Assembly (NCBI GenBank): GCA_963842165.1
Contig: CAWJFK010000005.1
Coordinates: forward strand, 326,070 to 390,069
From: an uncultured Thermoplasmata archaeon
Lineage (GTDB): Archaea; Thermoplasmatota; Thermoplasmata; Lutacidiplasmatales; UBA184
Length of the DNA stretch: 64,000 nucleotides
Direction of reading: 5' to 3'
How positions within the stretch are numbered: the first letter of the stretch is position 1; every line of letters starts with the position of its first letter. This document shows positions 32,989 to 43,769 of this stretch, in pieces. A program made the translations under genes and the position numbers. Under the pieces are notes generated by a model. That model was not told the origin of the DNA, did not search any database, and saw nothing but the letters and a program-made list of their open reading frames with translations.

Positions 32989-33871
32989 ATGGACCCGCGC
33001 CGGTTCGGTCCCGAGAGGAATCTCGTGGCCGAATCCGCCCGGCATTTCGACGTCCATCTCCACCTGTCGCAGTGGTGGCCCGACCTGCCGCGGACCGGGT
33101 ACAAGAAGGGGATGGACTACACCGTCCAAGGCCTCCTCGCCGAGATGGACGACAGCGATGTTGCCTCCGGACTCGCGATCCCGGTCTTCGAGGGGCCGAG
33201 CCCGGAGGAATCGCTCGCCGAGTCCGTGGCGAACGCCAGGGCGAGCGGGGGCCGGCTCCGTCCGGTCGCGACCGTGGACCCGACCCGTGGCCGGGAGGCC
33301 GTCGAGTCGGTCGTGCGGACCTGGGACTCGGTACCGGACCTCGCCGCGGTGAAGCTGTTCCCCGGGTACCAGGCCTTCTACCCGCACGACCCCGTGATGG
33401 CCCCGGTCTACGAGTACGCCGCCCGTCGACACCTTACCGTGATGGTCCACCAGGGCGACACGCTCTGGCCGGACGGACGGATCGAGTACGCCCGCCCGAT
33501 CGAGATGGACGAGGTCGCGGTGCAGGACCGCGAGGTCCGCTTCGTCCTGTGCCACTTGGGCAACCCGTGGGTCGAGGAGGCCGCCGAGGTCGTCTACAAG
33601 AACCGGAACGTCTACACCGACACGTCGGGCCTGCTCGCCCACCCTCAGACGCCCCACTTCGACCGGATGGTCGTCCGCGCCCGGGAGGTTCCTGCAGAAT
33701 CTGGTGGACACCATCGGTTCGCCCGAACGGATCCTCTACGGCTCGGACTGGCCGCTCGAGTCGCTGGCGATGGCCGTGTCGCTGGTCGAGGGGCTCGACC
33801 TCCCGCCGAGCGACCGGTTCGCGATCCTCGGGGGAAACGCCCGAAAGCTGTTCGGGGAGGGTCCGCCATGA
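32989..33871 (+). CDS. amidohydrolase-2 (PF04909-like) metal-dependent hydrolase (one frame change near 33690)
   Basis: 'FDVHLHL', 'VMVHQGD' and 'FVLCHLGNPW'. After the shift it reads 'ILYGSDWPLES...LGGNARKLF', ending at TGA 33869-33871, which overlaps the next ATG (ATGA). Confidence 0.7.
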
Positions 33872-35242
33872 CCGACCCAAAACGTCCCCCGCCCAAGTTC
33901 GACGGAGAAGGGATCCGGTCGATCGTTCAGGAGACGAACTACGTCACCTGGCGGCGTCAGGCGGGCTGGAATCCTCTCGTGGTGACCCGTGCCGAGGGCT
34001 CGACCTTCTGGGACGACCGGGGGAACGGGTACCTCGATTTCTCGTCCCAGCTGATGGCCACGAACCTCGGGCACTCCAACCCCGCCATCGTGGCGGCCAT
34101 CGCCGCCCAGGCCGCCCAGCTTGCGTACGCCGCCCCGGGGTTCGCGACCGAAGCGCGGGCCCGTCTCAGCTTCTCGCTCTTGGAGGTCCTCCCTTCTGGT
34201 CTGAACCGCTTCTTCTTCAGCACCTCCGGGACGGAGGCGAACGAGGCGGCGCTGAAGATCGCCCGCGCTGCGACCGGTCGGACGAAGGTCCTCTCGCGAT
34301 ACCGGTCCTACCACGGGGCCACCGCCGCCTCGATCTCGGTGACGGGGGACCCCCGCCGACGGCCGATCGAGCACCTCCAGAAGGTGCCGGGCACGGTCTT
34401 CGCGCCCGACTGCTACTGCTACCGCTGCCCGTTCGGCCTCTCGTATCCCGATTGCGGGATCGCCTGCGCGGAGTACGTGGACTACCAGATCGAGCGGGAG
34501 GGGGACGTCGCGGCGATGATCGTGGAACCGGTCGTCGGGACGAACGGGGTGATCGTCCCCGTGCCAGAATACCTCCCGATGATCCGCACGATCACGAAGA
34601 AGCACGATGTGGTGCTGATCGCCGACGAGGTGATGACCGGGTGGGGCCGCGTGGGCGAGTGGTTCGCGGTCGACCGCTGGAACGTGGTGCCGGACATCCT
34701 CACCACGGCGAAGGGGATCACCGGAGCCCACATCCCGCTCGGCCTCACGGCGACGACGGCCCGTCTGCACGACGTCTTCGCCGAGACGTACTTCCCGCAC
34801 GGCCACACCTACGAAGCCCATCCCCTCACCCTCGCTCCGGCCGTGGCCGCGATCGACGAGTACCGCCGCCTCGACCTGATCGTGAAGTCCCGGCGCGACG
34901 GAGAGGACCTTCTCGCCCGGCTTCGGGAGATCCAAGCGCGCCATCCGTCGGTCGGCGAGGTGCGGGGAATGGGACTGTTCGCGGCCATCGAGCTGGTCCG
35001 GGAATCGAGAGACCCGGACGCCGTTCAACAGCGAGGACGACAAGCTCGCCGGCCGTCTGCTCGTCGCCGAAAAGGTCGCTGCTGCGATGATGAAAGAAGG
35101 CGTGTTCTGCGTGGCGTGGATCTCCCATCTCGTGGTGGCGCCCCCGTTGATCATTACGCGCGAGGAGCTCGACCGGGGGATTGAGGCACTCGACCACGCG
35201 CTGATCGTGGCGGACCGGGAACTCCCGCCGTCGGCGCCCTAG
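33868..35242 (+). CDS. class III aminotransferase (one frame change near 35010)
   Basis: 'FSTSGTEANEAALKIAR', 'YHGAT', 'IVEPVVGTNGVIVP', 'LIADEVMTGWGRVG' and 'DILTTAKGITG' (PLP lysine). The C-terminus 'AWISHLVVAPPLIITREELD' is in the shifted frame and ends at TAG 35240-35242. Confidence 0.8.
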
Positions 35243-35250
35243 GCCCGAGA

Positions 35251-36700
35251 CTAGAACCAGCGGGTCGTTACGACCTTCTTGCGGGTGTAGAACTCCACCG
35301 CGTCCCGGCCCGTCGCGTGCAGGTCGCCGAAGAACGACCCCTTCCAGCCCGCGAACGGGAAGTAGGCCGCCGGTGCCGGGACCCCGATGTTCACTCCGAG
35401 CATCCCCGCCTCGATCGCGTGGACGAACTTCCGCGCCGCTCCCCCGTCCCGAGTGAAGATCGCCGCGGCGTTCCCGAACCGGGAGCGGTTCGCGATGCGG
35501 ATCGCCTCGTCGAGCGACGGAGCCCGGACCACGCAGAGCACAGGCCCGAAGATCTCCTCCTGGGCGATCGCCATCTCCGGGTAGGACCCGGTCGAAGAGG
35601 ACGGGTGCGACGAAGAACCCGTCCGACCCCGCCGGGATCGAGCCGCGGGCGGCCACGACCGCACCGCCCGCCTCCCCCTCCTGGATCCAGTGGAGGACCC
35701 GGTCCCGATGGTCGGCCCGGATGACGGGGCCCACGGCGGTGTCCGCCTCGGATACCGGACCTACCGCCAGCGAGCGCACGGCCTCGGCCAGCCGGTCGAC
35801 GAGGCGGTCGGCCCCCGGCTCGATGGCGAGCACGACGCTGCCGGCGAGGCAGCGTTCTCCGGACTGGCCAAAGGCGCTCGAGAGGATGGCCGGAACGGAG
35901 CGGTCGAGGTCCGCGTCCGGGATGACCAGGATGTGGTTCTTCGCGCCCGCGAGGGCCTGCACCCGCTTCCCGTGCGCGGCGGCGGTGGTGTAGACGTGGT
36001 GGGCGGTCGGGGCGGATCCGACGAAGGAAATCGCGTCGACCCCCGAGTGGGTGAGGAGCGCGTTGACCGCGGCCGAATCGCCGTGGACGAGGTTGAACGT
36101 TCCCGGCGGAAACCCCGCTTCCGCGACCAGCCGAGCGAGGAGGGTCGCGGAAAGCGGAACGCGCTCGGACGGCTTCAGGATGAAGCAGTTGCCGCAGACG
36201 AGGGCCAGTGGCCCCATCCAGAGCGGGATCATCACCGGGAAGTTGAAGGGGGTGATGCCGGCCACGACCCCTACCGCCTGGCGGAGGAGCGTCGTGTCCA
36301 CTCCGGGCGAGACGTCCTCGAGGAAGTAGCCCTGCATCGTCGTGGGGGCCGACGCGGCGAACTCCGTCGCCTCGATCCCCCGCCGGACCTCGCCCTCGGC
36401 CTCATCCCGCGTCTTGCCGTTCTCTCGGGATACCGAACGCGCGAGCTCGTCCGCATGCGCTTCGAGGAGGCCCCGAAGGGCTAAGATGCGCCGAGCGCGG
36501 TCCGCTACGGGGATCTCGCGCCAGGCCGGGAAGGCCCCTCGGGCCGCCCGGACCGCGGCGTCGACGTCTGCGGCCTCCGAGCGCGGTACCCGGGCCAGGA
36601 GCGAACCGTCCGAGGGGTCGGGCACGTCGAGTCGGCCCGAGGCGACGGGCGGAACCCAGCGACCGCCCACGAAGTTCTCGAGCTCGACGATCGCGCCCAC
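35251..36700 (-). CDS. mmsA: methylmalonate-semialdehyde dehydrogenase-type (CoA-acylating) aldehyde dehydrogenase (one frame change near 35590)
   Basis: 'NFVGGRWV', 'ITPFNFPVMIPLWM', 'GAKNHILV' and 'GQSGERCLA'. After the shift it reads 'EEIFGPVLCVV...NRSRFGNAAAIFT...PFAGWKGSFFGDLHATGRDAVEFYTRKKVVTTRW', the characteristic MMSDH C-terminus. Confidence 0.8.
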
Positions 36701-36850
36701 GAATCCTCTCGGACTGGGAGGCCGGTGGGTTCTTGACCCTCACGGAGAGGGTCCGAGTGCGAGCCGCGGTCCCCCGGTGGGCTTCTTGTAACCCCGCTGG
36801 CTCGGGCGCGCGACGGTCCGGAGGACCTCCCGGCCGTCGGAGATGGTATC

Positions 36851-38218
36851 GTGGACCCTCGGTTCGAAGCCGCCTACGCGGAGTACCAGCGCCGCACCCC
36901 CCACTCGAAGGAACTGTGGGAGCGCGCGCGCCGCTGGAGCCCGCTGGGGGTGCACTCCAACTACCGCTTCCTGGACCCGTATCCGTTCTACGTGCACCGG
37001 GCGAAGGGCGTCCACCTCTGGGACGCCGACGGGAACGAGCTCCTCGACTTCAACATGGGATTCGGGTCGCTCCAGAGCGGTCACGCCCACCCCAAGCTCG
37101 TGGAGGCGTTGACCCGCCAGCTCGAGAACGGGAGCGTCTACGGGTACGAGTGGGACCGAACCCCGGAAGTCGCAGAGCGGATCTGCCGCCGTTACGGCAT
37201 GGCCCAGGTCCGGTTCAGCACGACCGGCCTCGAGGCGACGCACCACTCGATCCGGTTCGCGCGCGCCTTCACGAAGAAGCGGTACGTCCTCAAGTTCGAG
37301 GGGTCGTACCATGGTTCCCACGACACCCTCCTGGTCGGAGTGAAACCCCGGAAGGAAGTGGCCGGCTCTCCCGAGCATCCGAACTCGGCTCCCGCTTCCC
37401 CCGGGATCCTACCGGAGGTCGTGGAAGGAACCCTGGTCGCCCCGTTCAATGACCTCGCGGCGACCGTCCGGATCGCGCGCGAGCACGCGAACGACTTGGC
37501 CGCCATCATCGCGGAACCCGTTCCCATGAACATGGGGTTCGTCCTCCCCGAGGACGGCTTTTTCCCTGGGCTCCGGACCCTATGCGACGAGATCGGCAGC
37601 CTCCTCATCTTCGACGAGATCAAGACCGGGGCGAAGTACCCCCACGGCGGGGCCGGACGGGTGGGCGTCCGCCCCGACATCCTCACCCTGGGAAAGTCGA
37701 TTGCGTGCGGCGTTCCGATGTCGGCGATCGCGGCACGACCCGGAATCCTCGATGAAGTAGGACCACGGAAAGTCGCGCACGCCGGAACGTACAATTCGAA
37801 TCCGCTCGCGATGGCCGCCTGCATCGCGTCGCTCGACCACATCCTCACCGACGAGGCTCTCGCCGAGTCCGCCCGGCTGAATGCTCGCCTCGCCAAGGGG
37901 TACACGAAAGTGTTCGAGGAGGCGGGGGTGACGGCCCACGTCGCCGCGGACGGGGTCTCGGGGACGGTGGTGTTCGCCGACCATCCGGTCCGGAATTGGC
38001 GCGAGTTCCTCACGGTCGACGGCGACCGGTCGATGCTGTACTACTACCTCTGCCTCAACCAGGGCCTCATCCCCTCGGGCACGGGCCCCGATGAGCAGTG
38101 GACCATCTCCGTCCAGCACACCGACCAGGACGTGGACCGGCATCTCGAGATCCTCGCCTCGATCGCGAAGGGGCTCGCCGGCGCTCCCCAGGCTGGGGAG
38201 ATCGAGGAGTCGGTCTAG
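36851..38218 (+). CDS. class III (GSA-aminomutase-like) aminotransferase, intact
   Basis: 455-aa ORF with 'WDADGNELLDFNMGFGSLQSGHAHP', 'STTGLEATHHSIRFARA', 'DEIKTG' and 'LTLGKSIACG'. Confidence 0.85.
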   Translation: MDPRFEAAYAEYQRRTPHSKELWERARRWSPLGVHSNYRFLDPYPFYVHRAKGVHLWDADGNELLDFNMGFGSLQSGHAHPKLVEALTRQLENGSVYGYEWDRTPEVAERICRRYGMAQVRFSTTGLEATHHSIRFARAFTKKRYVLKFEGSYHGSHDTLLVGVKPRKEVAGSPEHPNSAPASPGILPEVVEGTLVAPFNDLAATVRIAREHANDLAAIIAEPVPMNMGFVLPEDGFFPGLRTLCDEIGSLLIFDEIKTGAKYPHGGAGRVGVRPDILTLGKSIACGVPMSAIAARPGILDEVGPRKVAHAGTYNSNPLAMAACIASLDHILTDEALAESARLNARLAKGYTKVFEEAGVTAHVAADGVSGTVVFADHPVRNWREFLTVDGDRSMLYYYLCLNQGLIPSGTGPDEQWTISVQHTDQDVDRHLEILASIAKGLAGAPQAGEIEESV

Positions 38219-38336
38219 CCCTACCGATCGCGAGTACCACCCCAGACTCCCCCGTCCCCGCGGGCCGAAGGGGGTGGGGGGAGGCTAGATACGGCGGTAA
38301 CCCCTCTCACTCTCGCGCTGGCGGGGTATCAGCTCG

Positions 38337-40151
38337 ATGTCGCGGCACTCGTCCCCCGGGGGCCGGACCGGCCTTGCTCGATCGACCCCGAGCTTGCTGG
38401 CAGTGCTCGCGGCGATGGCCGTCGTGGGCGCGCTGATGCTGGTCGGCATCCATCCGGGATTCGCGAAATCCGTGGTCCCAGGCTCGGCCAAGGGCGCCCT
38501 CGCCTCCAATCTCGGGGCAACACCCGCCGGATGTAGCCCTCCGCCCACCGTGGGCCTCACCGGCGCCGGTTCGACCTTGGTGTACCCCCTGATGTCCCAG
38601 TGGGCCACGGTCTACGCGGGCGGGACGTCCGTGAATTATCTATCGGTCGGGAGCGGGACCGGAATCGCCGACATTACGGCCAAGACGGTCGACTTTGGTG
38701 CCACGGACGCCCCCCTCAACCCGGCGGAGCGCGGCGCCGCTCCCGGACTCCTCACGATGCCGGAGTCGGCGGGAGGAGTGGTACCCATCTACAACGTTCC
38801 CGGCGTCCCGATACTGAATTTCAGCGGGGCGGTCCTGGCGGGGATCTACCTCGGTACCATTACCAACTGGAACAACAGCGCGCTTCAGAGCCTGAATCCC
38901 GGCGTCGTTCTGCCGAACGACAGCATCGAGGTCGTCTACCGTTCGGATGCGAGCGGGACGACGTTCATCTGGTCGAGTTACCTTTCGGCCGAGAATACGA
39001 CGTGGAGCTCGATGATCGGCAAGGGAATCTCCGTCACCTTCCCGACGGGTACGGGCGAGCCGAAGGAGAGCGGGATGGCGAGCTACGTGCAGGCCACGCC
39101 GTACACGATCGGTTACGTCGACCTGAACGCCGCACTTGACGGCGTCATCTCCTTCGGAGCGGTCCAGAATCCGGCCGGCCACTTCATCCTCGCCACCGTC
39201 AATAGCACTGCGTCGGCCCTCAAGGATGCCAACCCCACGCTCCCCTCGGGGGACGGGGACTGGTACAACGTTTCCGTTCTGAACGCGCCGGGGACGTACG
39301 ATTACCCGATCACGTCGCTCACCTATGTGCTGGTGTATCAGGACCTTAGTGCGGCGTACCCGATGTACAATCTCACCAAGGCCGAGAATCTCGCCACCTT
39401 CCTCTGGTGGATGGTGACGACCGGGCAGAACTACTCGGCCCCGCTCTACTTCGTGCCGCTGCCGCAGTCGGTCGTTCTTCACGACGAGGCGATGATCGAG
39501 TCGATGACGTTCAACGGTTCCACTATACCGGTCTGCGGAGAACCGACGCCCCCTCCGACGTACGCGGTGACTTTCGTCGAATCCGGACTGGCCTCGGGGG
39601 CGAACTGGTCGGTCACCCTCAGGGAGGCCACCAACTCGTCGACCACCGACCGAGTGTCGTTCCAGTTTCCCAACGGATCGGTGACCTACACTGTGCACCC
39701 GGTGCGCGGCTACGCGGTCAACCAGTCTACCGGTTCGGTCGACGTTCATGGAGCTCCTCGGAACGTCATCGTCGGGTTCGCTGTGGTCCCGGCGCTCTAC
39801 CCCCTGACCTTTTCCGAGAGCGGTCTCCCCGGCGGGACCAACTGGTCGGTCACTGTCGGGGGGGCGACTCACACCTCAGCCAACAGCAGCATCACATTCC
39901 AGGAATCCAACGGGTCGTACTCCTACCAGGTCGGGGCCATCACCGGGTACACCGTCTCCCCGTCCGGCGGGCCGTTGACCGTCGCCGGGGCACCAGTCCA
40001 AGTGTATCTGGAGTTCAACACCACGGGGAGTACCTCCCACGGCGCGGCCGGCGGACTTTCCGCCCTCGACTACGCGGTCATCGGGTTGGTCGTTGCCGTC
40101 TTCGCGATATTGGCGATTCTCGTCATGATGCGAAGGAAGCGGAGCGCCTGA
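38337..40151 (+). CDS. pstS: membrane-anchored PstS-like phosphate-binding protein with two C-terminal 79-aa surface repeats and C-terminal TM helix
   Basis: Intact 604-aa ORF with an N-terminal TM. PstS core 'LTGAGSTLVYPLMSQWATVY...SVGSGTGIADITAKTVDFGATDAPL...VVYRSDASGTTF...IGYVDLN'. This is followed by two 'TF.ESGL..G.NWSV' repeats and 'YAVIGLVVAVFAILAILVMM'. Confidence 0.8.
   Translation: MSRHSSPGGRTGLARSTPSLLAVLAAMAVVGALMLVGIHPGFAKSVVPGSAKGALASNLGATPAGCSPPPTVGLTGAGSTLVYPLMSQWATVYAGGTSVNYLSVGSGTGIADITAKTVDFGATDAPLNPAERGAAPGLLTMPESAGGVVPIYNVPGVPILNFSGAVLAGIYLGTITNWNNSALQSLNPGVVLPNDSIEVVYRSDASGTTFIWSSYLSAENTTWSSMIGKGISVTFPTGTGEPKESGMASYVQATPYTIGYVDLNAALDGVISFGAVQNPAGHFILATVNSTASALKDANPTLPSGDGDWYNVSVLNAPGTYDYPITSLTYVLVYQDLSAAYPMYNLTKAENLATFLWWMVTTGQNYSAPLYFVPLPQSVVLHDEAMIESMTFNGSTIPVCGEPTPPPTYAVTFVESGLASGANWSVTLREATNSSTTDRVSFQFPNGSVTYTVHPVRGYAVNQSTGSVDVHGAPRNVIVGFAVVPALYPLTFSESGLPGGTNWSVTVGGATHTSANSSITFQESNGSYSYQVGAITGYTVSPSGGPLTVAGAPVQVYLEFNTTGSTSHGAAGGLSALDYAVIGLVVAVFAILAILVMMRRKRSA
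39561..40025 (+). repeat. tandem duplication of a roughly 79-codon extracellular domain inside the PstS-like gene
   Basis: Unit 1 (39561-39797) is 'YAVTFVESGLASGANWSVTLREATNSS...GYAVNQSTGSVDVHGAP'. Unit 2 (39798-about 40025) is 'YPLTFSESGLPGGTNWSVTVGGATHTS...GYTVSPSGGPLTVAGAP'. Confidence 0.65.
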
Positions 40152-40213
40152 CCCGGTTCCTGCTTCGGCAACAACAGCCACGGTTGTAGCCGATTTCCGG
40201 TCGAGGTCACGCC

Positions 40214-41173
40214 CTATCGTGCTTTCGACGGACCTGGCTCATGGGATTCGGACGTGGGGTGGGTTGGGGGGCCCGGCTTGCGCCAGTAGAGGAGGTAGGT
40301 TGCCGCCACGATGACGACCACGAGGGCCACCGCACCCCCCACCACGATCTCGAGGGTGGTCGTGCTGACCCCGGTCCCCCCCGACGGGTTCGTCATCGCC
40401 GTCCCCGTGACGTTGAAGAAGAGGTAGGTCTGGCTGAACTGAGCGAACCCGTCGGTCACCCGGACCCAGACCTGGTATTTTCCGGGCTCGTTGGGGATGC
40501 AGGTCAAGTTCGTTTGATTGAACGTCGCGCACCCTGAGGGCAGCCCAAGGAAGGCGTACCCGAGCAGCGAGGTCGGGGTGGCACTCTCCGAAACTGCATC
40601 GACCACGAAAAAGGTGATCTTACCTACCGCGCCAGGAGAAGGGGAAGCGGTGAACGACTGGATCTCGGGCGGGGGCCCGAATCCGGAAGTGACGGTCAAG
40701 TTGGTCGTCGCGTTGACCCGGTCCCCCACCGAGTCGTTCACCATCCCTTCGAGGAGGTAGTGCTCGGAATCGCTGGGGTAGCAAAGCAGGCTCGGCGCGT
40801 TCGCCGTGAGGCAATTCGGCGGCAGGCCGCGGTACCAGTAGCTGTACGGGGGAGTACCACCTTGCGCCGTTACGTTGATGTAGACCGCCTCGCCCGCGAA
40901 GATCGTCGAGGGACTTGCCGTGAACGAGGTGATGTTGAGGGGGGAGGCGGCGCCAACCCGGGCGAGCGATCCTCGGGAGGCCGGGGAACTGACGGCCGTC
41001 GCTCCCGCGTGGGGAAACCAGAGAGTTCCGAAGAGCAGGAGGGCCGCTAGGAACAAAGGGGTGAGGGAAGGCCGAGGTGGCGGACGTTGCCGGGTGGATC
41101 GACCGACGAACATGACCCGTCCGGCGAGGTGGCCCTTCGTCGGCACGGGAGCGAGGATTCGGGGGCCCTCCAT
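40214..41173 (-). CDS. surface protein with two Ig/PKD-like repeats and C-terminal TM anchor
   Basis: Signal/TM 'LTPLFLAALLLFGTLWF'. Repeats are 'ITSFTASPS...GGTPPYSYWYRGLPPNC...LLCYP' and 'IQSFTASPS...YAFLGLPSGC...LTCIP'. C-terminal anchor 'VVGGAVALVVVIVAATYLLYW'. The likely start is the internal Met at 41113. Confidence 0.65.
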   Translation of the reverse strand: MEGPRILAPVPTKGHLAGRVMFVGRSTRQRPPPRPSLTPLFLAALLLFGTLWFPHAGATAVSSPASRGSLARVGAASPLNITSFTASPSTIFAGEAVYINVTAQGGTPPYSYWYRGLPPNCLTANAPSLLCYPSDSEHYLLEGMVNDSVGDRVNATTNLTVTSGFGPPPEIQSFTASPSPGAVGKITFFVVDAVSESATPTSLLGYAFLGLPSGCATFNQTNLTCIPNEPGKYQVWVRVTDGFAQFSQTYLFFNVTGTAMTNPSGGTGVSTTTLEIVVGGAVALVVVIVAATYLLYWRKPGPPTHPTSESHEPGPSKAR

Positions 41174-41240
41174 TAAGCCTCGCTACCGAATCTTCGTAAA
41201 CATCGTGAGCCCAGGGCCAGGTCGGTACGACCCCCCGGCT

Positions 41241-41296
41241 CGCGCGGTGGCGCAGGGCCAGAGTCAGGGTCTGGATTCTGGGGGGCAAGCCGCGCG
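41241..41296 (+). other. 56-nt GC-clamped stem-loop containing a look-alike of the tRNA-Leu(CAG) anticodon arm
   Basis: CGCGCGG...CCGCGCG is a 7-bp closing stem. The inner CCAGA-GTCAGGG-TCTGG resembles CCAGA-TTCAGGG-TCTGG of the tRNA at 11869-11953. No D or T arms. Confidence 0.3.
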
Positions 41297-41328
41297 TGTT
41301 CTTCTTTGGGTATGCCTTTCTTTCCCGA

Positions 41329-42525
41329 CTAGACGGAGGATCCGCAACTGTTGGGGACGGTCGCCCCGTCAAACGTGATCGTCCCGATTGTCGTCTCATC
41401 GGCCGAGACGATGTACGCCGGCAGTGGGACATAGTAGAGGGCCGCGGAGTAGTTCTGGCCGGTCGTAACGGCCCAGTAGAGGAAGTCGACCAGCCCCTCC
41501 GCCTGGTTCAGGGTGTACGACCCGCCGTACGCTCCACTCAGGTCCTGGTACACCAGCACGTAGGTGAGGGACGTGATGGGGTAGTCGTCCGCGCCGGGTG
41601 CGTTCAGGTACCGGAGACGTTGTACCAGTCGCCGTTGCCCGCGGGGAGCGTAGGGTGGACGTCGGTGAGTGCCGAAAGGGAGTTGGTCACGTTCGCTAGG
41701 ATGTAGGTACCGGCGGGGTTCTGCACCTTCCCATAGGAGATTCCCCCACTCAGGGCGTAGTTCAGGTCGACGTAGCCGAGAGTGTACTGGGTGATCTGAA
41801 CGTACCCGGCCACGCCCGCGTTCTTGGGCTCGCCCGATCCCACCGGGAAGTCCACTTCGGTGCCCTTCCCGATGTTCTTGGCCCACGTAGTGCTCTCGAG
41901 TGAGAAATAGCTGGTCCAGATGAACGTCGTGCCGCTCCCATCGGACCGGTAGACCACCTGGATGGTCTGGTCGGGGAGGCTGGCGCCCGGGTTCAGGGCT
42001 TCGAGCACGGATCGTTCCAGTGCGTGATCGTGCCCAGGTAGATCTCGGCGAGGACGGTGCCGTTGAAGTTGAGGAGTCCTGCGCCCGGAACGTTGTAGAT
42101 GGGCACTACGCCTCCGGCCGATTCCGGGACAGTGAGAGCGCCCGGTGCGGTCAGCCGCTGTGCTGGGTTCAACGGGGCATCGCTTGCGCCATAATCCACC
42201 GTCTTCCCCGAGATATCGGTGATCCCCGAGGAACTCCCCACCGAAGCGTAGTTGACGGTCGTTCCGCCCCCGTAGATGGACTCCCATTGAAACATTAGGG
42301 GGTACACGGAGAGGAACCGGCTCCCTTGAGGCTGACCCCGGCGGGCGGCTCGCAATTGGTGAGAGTTCCACCCCCAGGGGACGAGCCCTTGAACCAACCT
42401 AGGGAGTACCCCGCGAGCAATATCACGACCACGATCACCACCGCGATCGCTGCGTAGATCGGGGTCGGAGCGCGTCGTCGATCAATCGTCTCGGTTGGAG
42501 CTGATGGCGTTCCCGGAGTGGCCAT
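41329..42525 (-). CDS. pstS: second membrane-anchored PstS-like phosphate-binding protein (about 3 frame changes near 42300, 42010, 41620)
   Basis: N-terminal TM 'IYAAIAVVIVVVILLAGY'. Then 'LKGAGS', 'FLSVYPLMFQWESIY...SVGSSSGITDISGKTVDYGASDAPL', 'VVYRSDGSGTTF...LGYVDLN' and 'DDYPITSLTYVLVYQD...', spread over ORFs 42295..42525, 41993..42397, 41604..42371 and 41329..41886. Confidence 0.75.
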
Positions 42526-43747
42526 AGATTCTGTATCAGCGCAGTGGATGACGTGCGAGAAGTGACATCCGATGGACGACGGCGCCCCGCGCTTTTAAGC
42601 CGGACAGGGGGAAAGTCTCGGGCCGACAATAGTTCCCGTGAGGTTTCGTAGAATGACGGGATTTACGGAGTTCTTGGGCGAACGGTCGGCCGACGAATAT
42701 GCCGGGTTGGTGTCCCTTGGCCCTTGAACACAACGTGTCGTCCACTCGCCTCGCGCGGATCGTTCCCAGGCCCGCTCCCCACCCAGATCGGCCGCGCCCT
42801 CGCGCTGAATGGTGATCGACGGCCGCATCCTCGAAGCGTGCAGGAGCACAGGGGCCCTCGTGACACCCTGGAGTGGGTTGAGACTCCGCAGCCGGTTGGA
42901 AGAGGCGGTCGATTTGTTCCCGTTCAGGACGTGCGCATGAACGTCGTGCTTCCGCAGGCGCAGGCCGCGGGCAACACGGATTCACTCCGGAAGGGGCCGT
43001 AGATTCGGCCGCAATGAGCGCATCTCATCCGGAAGTGGTGGGTGGATCGGTGGGGGACCGACCACGAAACATCGACAATCTTCTTGTGGGTCATTCCCCT
43101 GGAACCTTAGGGCCCCCCGGGCTTCGGAGAGGGTGACCGATTCGCCCCCTCGGGTTGACAGTACGTTCGGTCGCGGTAATGAACGTGTCGAGCGAACCCA
43201 AGAATCGGAACAGAAGGGGCCCCGACCGGAGTGAGCCGCGTCTCCAATGGCCACTTGGTTCCCCAAAGACTGACGCTTGATGGCAGGGTGGGAGCATTGA
43301 GACGAGCGTCCGTCGCAGAATCCGGGAGATGGATTGGTGAGACTGCAGCCTCTCCCTTCCAAGACCCGTCCGTGGGTTATCACTCGTCGAGCGAGAGGTT
43401 TGGGGCCAACGGTGCGAGAAGGGCCGACTCCCCGAAGGAAATCTCGACGGGCTGGATGGGCCGGCCGCCGCACCGGAGGGATTACCGGCCGCCGATCCTC
43501 GCATGAAGCTTCTGTTCGCACACTCGGGGGCGATGCCGGCCGCCAGAGTTGGAGGACCTGCCATCGATTTCCGTTTCGAGTAGTTCCAACTAGCTGGGAT
43601 AAACGGGAGGTGATAACGCGCCCACACTCCTTGGCCGGCACCAAAGCTATGTGAAATCTCCGGAGCGCTCTGATACCACGTAGTGAGGCGGTACGTGGAG
43701 GGTTCTTGCGAGCACGTGAGGTCGTGGTACGGGGGAATGAAGGAGAA

Positions 43748-43769
43748 CCCCGGGGCTCTTGCCCCGGGG
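43748..43769 (-). terminator. 9-bp perfect GC hairpin just downstream of the pilin-PstS gene
   Basis: CCCCGGGGC-tctt-GCCCCGGGG lies 31-52 nt after the stop at 43800. On the coding (minus) strand it is followed by 'TTCTCCTTCATT'. Confidence 0.35.

Noticed and set aside
41241-41296. tRNA-Leu-like fragment as an attachment site of an integrated element.
   Set aside because: The copy is not exact and lacks the 3' half of the tRNA. No integrase, transposase or other mobile-element genes occur nearby.
42600-43230. Possible RNase P RNA. 'GGGGGAAAGTCTCGGGCCGACAATAG' (about 42606) resembles the CR-I 'GAGGAAAGUCCGGGCUCCAUAG', and 'ACAGAAGGGGCCCCGAC' (about 43210) resembles CR-V.
   Set aside because: The two motifs are about 600 nt apart, which is too far for known archaeal RNase P RNAs. 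The putative P4 strands do not pair properly around the conserved bulged U. I could not find CR-II, CR-III or CR-IV equivalents. It should still be settled with an Rfam covariance-model scan.
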